Source: Mizuhopecten yessoensis
Taxonomy: Eukaryota
Assembly (NCBI RefSeq): GCF_002113885.1
Contig: NW_018407700.1
Location: 1,520,545 to 1,584,544, forward strand
Direction: 5' to 3'
DNA length: 64,000 bases
Position 1 is the first letter of the stretch. Each line of letters begins with the position of its first letter. Below the pieces are notes generated by a model, which did no database searches, was not told where the DNA came from, and saw only the letters and a list, made by a program, of their open reading frames with translations. The position numbers were made by a program, and so were the translations under genes. This document shows, piece by piece, positions 56,101 to 64,000 of this stretch.

Positions 56101-59100
56101 AGTATTGAACAGGTAAGGAGAATTGACATACAGGAAAGGTTAACTAGTATAGGACAGGTAAGGAGAATTAACATAAAGGTAAGGTCAGCTACGTATAGAA
56201 CAGGTAAGGAGAATTAACAGAAAGGGAAGGTTAACTACGTATAGAACAGGTAAGGAGAGTTAACAGAAAGGTAAAGTCAACTACGCATAGAACAGGAAAG
56301 GAGAATTAACATAAAGGTAAGATCAACTAGTATTGAACAGGTAAGGAGAATTGACATACAGGAAAGGTTAACTAGTATAGGACAGGTAAGGAGAATTAAC
56401 ATAAAGGCAAAGTCAACTACGTATAGGACAGGTAAGGAAAATACACATAAAGGTAAAGTCAACTACGTATAGAACAGGTAAGGATAATTAACATAAAGGT
56501 AAGGTCAGCTACGTATAGAACTGGTAAGGAGAATTGACATAAAGGTAAAGTCAACTACGTATAGAACAGGTAAGGATAATTAACATAAAGGTAAGGTCAG
56601 CTACGTATAGAACTGGTAAGGAGAATTGACATAAAGGTAAAGTCAACTACGTATAGAACAGGTAAGGATAATTAACATAAAGGTAAGGTCAGCTACGTAT
56701 AGAACTGGTAAGGAGAATTGACATAAAGGTAAAGTCAACTACGTATAGAACAGGTAAGGATAATTAACATAAAGGTAAGGTCAGCTACGTATAGAACTGG
56801 TAAGGAGAATTGACATAAAGGTAAAGTCAACTACGTATAGAACAGGGAAGGAGAATTAACATAAAGGTAAGGTCAACTATGTATAGAACAGGTAAGGAGA
56901 ATTAAAATAAAGGAAAAGTCGACTACGTATAGAACAGGTAAGGAGAATTAACATAAAGGTACAGTCCACTACGTATAGAACAGGTAAGGAGAATTAACAG
57001 AAAGGCAAGGTTAACTACGTATAGAACAGGTAAGGAGAATTAACAGAAAGGCAAGGTTAACTACGTATAGAACAGGTAAGGAGAGTTAACAGAAAGGTAA
57101 AGTCAACTACGCATAGAACAGGAAAGGAGAATTAACATAAAGGTAAGATCAACTAGTATTGAACAGGTAAGGAGAATTGACATACAGGTAAGGTTAACTA
57201 GTATAGGACAGGTAAGGAGAATTAACATAAAGGCAAAGTCAACTACGTATAGGACAGGTAAGGAAAATACACATAAAGGTAAAGTCAACTACGTATAGAA
57301 TAGGTAAGGAGAATTAACATAAAGGTAAGGTCAGCTACGTATAGAACTGGTAAGGAAAATACACTTAAAGGTAAAGTCAACTACGTATAGAATAGGTAAG
57401 GAGAATTAACATAAAGGTAAAGTTGTCTACTTATAGAACAGGTAAGGAGAATTAACATAAAGGTACAGTCAACTACGTATAGAACAGGTAAGGAGAATTA
57501 ACAGAAAGGTAAAGTCAACTACGCATAGAACAGGTAAGGAGAATTAACATAAAGGTAAGATCAACTAGTATAGAACAGGTAAGGAGAATTGACATACAGG
57601 TAAGGTTAACTAGTATAGGACAGGTAAGGAGAATTAACATAAAGGCAAAGTCAACTACGTATAGGACAGGTAAGGAAAATACACATAAAGGTAAAGTCAA
57701 CTACGTATAGAACAGGTAAGGAGAATTAACATAAAGGTAAGGTCAGCTACGTATAGAACTGGTAAGGAAAATACACTTAAAGGTAAAGTCAACTACGTAT
57801 AGAATAGGTAAGGAGAATTAACATAAAGGTAAGGTCAACTACGTATAGAACTGGTAAGGAAAATACACTTAAAGGTAAAGTCAACTACGTATAGAACAGG
57901 TAAGGAGGATTAACATAAAGGTAAGGTCAGCTACGTATAGAACAGGTAAGGAGAATTAACATAAGGGTAAGGTCAGCTACGTATAGAACTGGTAAGGAGA
58001 ATTGACATAAAGGTAAAGTCAACTACGTATAGAACAGGTAAGGAAAATTAACATAAAGGTAAGGTCAGCTACGTATAGAACAGGTAAGGAGAATTAACAG
58101 AAAGGTAAGGTCAACTACGTATAGAACAGGTAATGAGAATTAACATAAAGGTAAGGTCAACTACGTATAGAACAGGCAAGGAGAATTAACAGAAAGGTAA
58201 GGTTAACTACGTATAGAACAGGTTAGGAAAATACACATAAAGTTTAGGTCAACTATGTATAGAACAGGTAAGGAGAATTAACATAAAGGTAAGGTCAACT
58301 ACGTATAGAACAGGTAAGGAGAATTAACAGAAAGGTAAGGTTAACTACGTATAGAACAGGTTAGGAAAATACACATAAAGTTTAGGTCAACTATGTATAG
58401 AACAGGTAAGGAGAATTAGCATAATGTTTAGGTCAACTATGTATAGAAAGGGTAAAGAGAACTAGAATACAGCGTAGGAAAGCCTCCTGATGCAGGAAGG
58501 GAAATTTCTAATAAGAGCTTAGAGGATTACCATACCGAAATAGACAAATATTTTGTGTTGATAAGAAAAAAATACGATACAGTTAAGGTAGAGACCCCTA
58601 CTACTGTATACAGGTCTTGAAAAGAGATTTTCTCGTCAAAATTTATTCTATTTCTTCCATATTCATACAAAGACAAATACAGTTACAACACCTTTCTATG
58701 AAGTTAAAATCTTTTTGAAATAATTTCGAGTAATGTTACGGGAAGTTTAAACATGACTGACATCACGACCAAAAGGGCAGTATATCAGCTTCCTGCTTTA
58801 TGATCATGAAGTCTGTGCAGTCGGTCCCTATGACAGAGATGATGTTTTGAAACTAAAGATGATATTATAACAAATATTAATATATACATAATGATATTAA
58901 GAGTATTTACAAAGGCAATGGAACTATTTACAACTAATATAAATATCTGGAGGTAAAGAGAAGAGGTACAGATACGGAAGTCATGATACAGGCAGGGAAT
59001 ATCAAAACAAGTATACAAGTAGAGCAACAAAGGTTTTATCTAGCCAAAAAATCTTATCTAAACAGGTAGATAAATATGATACAAATAAGATAAATTTAGA

Positions 59101-59632
59101 CAGATAAGGAGAATCTCTACCTCAAGTCTGAAAGGACAATCTTAACAGATACGGGGGATCTTTACAGGTAAAGAAGATCTAAAACGGTAAAAAAAAAACA
59201 GAACATGTCAGATTATTAAGAAAGAATTTACAGCTTTAGTACACACCTATTAACCTAAATTAGGTAATAACACGACATTTACTGAGATAATAATACATCA
59301 TTTATTCTATTTATTTTAAGAGTAACATTGTATACATACATGTCATAATATCCTTTTACCTTTCAACTTTACCAACATAATGGGAGACAAGCATTTTATC
59401 AACTGTTTCTCAATTCTTTCCATTGCAGGCGTTTGAGCTACTTGATGAGGGCGAGAAGGGCTTTGTGACATTCGAGGATTTAAGACAGGCTGTTGACGAC
59501 AACAAACTAACGTTTTCTAACCAGATGCTGAAGGAAATGATGCAAGATGCAGACAAGTCTGGAGATGGAAAACTGACATTACAGGAATACACACAAATTA
59601 TGTTACATACCAGCCGATTCAAGTTCGCCTGA
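53126..59632 (+). CDS. Centrin/caltractin-like four-EF-hand protein with a long acidic and coiled-coil N-terminal extension (~433 aa)
   Basis: Exons 53126-54036, 54493-54575, 55734-55837 and 59429-59632 are phase-consistent. EF loops: DVKGKGYINDKD, LAGDTGRVSFVN (degenerate), DEGEKGFVTFED, DKSGDGKLTLQE (canonical). Probable 5'UTR exon 52817-52875; AATAAA at ~59808. Confidence 0.9.
54240..54432 (+). mobile_element. 3' fragment of a dispersed retroelement-like repeat (copy 3 of 3), intronic
   Basis: atggcgggtgtcgtcactgaagcagaagacgcttacctttccggaacac...tttgttgaaacttcggtattctcttgttgt. Confidence 0.65.
55833..58470. repeat. 46-bp minisatellite, ~57 copies with higher-order blocks, starting at the exon/intron junction of the centrin-like gene
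   Basis: Unit aacagGTAAGGagaattaacataaagGTAAGGtcaactacgtatag. The first unit includes the real donor at 55837/55838. Confidence 0.97.
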
Positions 59633-59935
59633 CACCCTGACAGGCTTCAGCAGAATGGTGATGGGGATGTGTATGAAAAGAACTCTCTAGTGTTGAAGAT
59701 CAACTTAGTTCTGGTTGATAGGGGCCAAAATTTGCTGGATTATGTATCAACAAGGAATGCAAAATATTTATCAATTCGATGATGAATTCATATATTATAT
59801 CTTAACAAATAAAATATTAGATAATTATTGTATTGAGATTCATATATATATTATGAAATTGTCAGCTATGTAATGACACAAATGAATTACTCAATGACAT
59901 ATATATATAGTAGTACTAAGTTTTAATACAAACTG

Positions 59936-60121
59936 TTCCGTCTTTGCATAATGCAGAGTTATCTTCTCTTGAGAGCAGGTATTGATTGTTACGTCATTGG
60001 TTTGTGTGAGAAAATTACGTCCTTTTTTCACAAAAATTGATGACGTTACTCTCACAAACAAATAACGTAACAATCAATACCTGCTCTCAAGAGAAGATAA
60101 CTGCAATACGCAAAGACGGAA
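59936..60121. mobile_element. Fold-back MITE-like element (~75-bp arms)
   Basis: ttccgtctttgcataatgcagagttatcttctcttgagagcaggtattgattgttacgt pairs with acgtaacaatcaatacctgctctcaagagaagataactgcaatacgcaaagacggaa. Confidence 0.85.
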
Positions 60122-60779
60122 TATGTTTATACCTATGATCGAGACCTGAACTGAGAGATTGAGATACCTGTCCATAACAACACAGTTCCTTACTAAATCT
60201 TTCTATATGTGGTTACCATTTCCAGCATGTGGCCAAATATTGATTGAAAATCATTTTAGCTTTTCCAACAAAATTCTTGACTTAAAGGGACAAGAGATTA
60301 AACTCTAAAAATGTGACTGAAAGACTTAAATAGTAATCTATTTTGAAAACATAACATGTAAAGTGAACAATATTTTGAGTATGTTTATCTTCAGCATTTA
60401 CAATAGAAATGTAAATATCAACCAACAAAGATAAGATATTAATGTATAGAAACATATAAACATATAATGAGTATTATAAGATATTATTTTTGTGAATTTC
60501 TGGTTTGGCCTTTCAATGAGCTATCCTGTTTTATACATAGCTGCACAATTCTTCAGTACAACAATTTTTTCTCAAATTTATATTTCTGGTTACGATGTCT
60601 TGTGCGACCTTCATAATAAAGAAGTACAAAGTAGAGAACAATAAAATTATTGATAAATTATTGATAAATTATTGATAATACAGCACATTTACTAGGTAAA
60701 GCAATACATTCTCAAGGCAGTGGTAGGTCGGAGTGCTGGTGTAGGAATCTGAGGTGGATAACTAAGTATTCAAGTAGAG

Positions 60780-61380
60780 CTCCACTTGGTAGCCCTTTAT
60801 GCCAGTATACTTCTGGCCACATATCATCACCCTGGACCTTTTGGTTATTCAGTAGAAGTTGTTTGAAAGATTTCAATATATTTGTCCCCTGAGACCTTGA
60901 CTATGGGTGAAGGTCATTCATTTGAACAAATTTGGTAGCCCTTCATCCCAGCATGCTACTGTCTAAATATCATTATTCCTGGATCTTTTGGTTATTCAGA
61001 GGTCTTTTAAAGGTTTTATAAGACAATTGAACCCTATGACCTTGAACATGATTGAAGGTCATTCATTTGAACAAACTTGGTAGCCCTTCATCTCAGCATG
61101 CTACTGGCTAAATATCATCACTTTAGGCATGTAAGTTATTCAGAAGAAGTAGTTTTAAGGTTTTATAAGACCAATGACTCCTATGACCTTGAATATGAGT
61201 GAACGTCATTCATTTCAACAAACTAAGTAGCCCTTCATGCTTCTGGCCAAATATCATCACCCCTAGGCATATTGGTTATAAAAAAGTAGATAAAAAAATA
61301 TCTTGACGCCGCAAGACAGACGACGGACGCTGCGCCATGGCATAAGCTCAGTTGGCCCTTTGGGCCAGGCGAGCTAAAAA
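60780..61380 (-). mobile_element. Helentron/HINE (Pearl/DINE-1-like) non-autonomous element with internal ~145-bp tandem repeats
   Basis: Minus-strand start tttttagctcgcctggcccaaagggccaactgagct, followed by gtccgtcgtctgtc. The core motif tagccctt recurs every ~145-148 bp (near 60787, 60933, 61078, 61226). Confidence 0.75.
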
Positions 61381-61429
61381 TGAAATCCAGGCAGAGCATG
61401 ATGTTAAGAAATAAACACAAGTAACAGTT

Positions 61430-63570
<2,141 letters not shown>

Positions 63571-64000
63571 AAATACATATTTTTTTATATCAAAGTTTTA
63601 TTTTATGAACAATCAATGTAGGTTTCATGTTCGTTTGTTTATATAGTAAAACTTTGACACAATGTATTTCCAAGCTGATAAATCTTATTGAACATATTCC
63701 TTTTTTGTCACAAAGGCAACTTATGTTAGGTATCTCTCCAAATGCTCTTTATTTTCATCCTTTAATACTCATATTTTGGTACCAACTACTCTCCTGAGAT
63801 CAACAATATTTACAACATTAATTTAAAACTCTGTATAAGTAATGTCCAAAACCTTTGCCCCTGACATCGGGAATCCATCCCACTACTACCAGTACATCAG
63901 GGTTCAAAACACTTAACACCTCATTGCCAACCAAGGCTGATTTACGCACAACTTAAATATCTAAGGGGAATATTTAAGATTTATCTTCATTAACATGATT

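Overview
AT-rich, intron-containing animal genomic DNA. The repeat families and gene structure suggest a mollusc, probably a bivalve (inference). The ORF track is mostly noise, so I assembled exons by hand using GT-AG boundaries and phase continuity. The main content is a tandem cluster of three divergent ubiquitin-specific protease (USP, peptidase C19) paralogues on the + strand (~6.1-11.7, 14.7-36.6 and 41.6-47.9 kb). All three share a 10-exon catalytic domain but differ at the N-terminus: a possible myristoylation motif, a degenerate C2 domain followed by an exon-triplet-amplified linker, or essentially nothing. All three have a non-canonical residue (Ala/Ser/Thr) at the usual third catalytic position. 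Each has IRF/ISRE-like motifs just upstream of a putative non-coding first exon, suggesting an innate-immune-inducible deubiquitinase cluster. Downstream are a centrin-like EF-hand gene with a long N-terminal extension (+) and the last two exons of NSUN4 (-). Each of these two genes has an intronic minisatellite that amplifies its own splice site. The window also holds a LINE ORF1 fragment, a tRNA-derived SINE, a Helentron/HINE-like element, a TTAA-flanked MITE, several hairpin elements and two further minisatellites.
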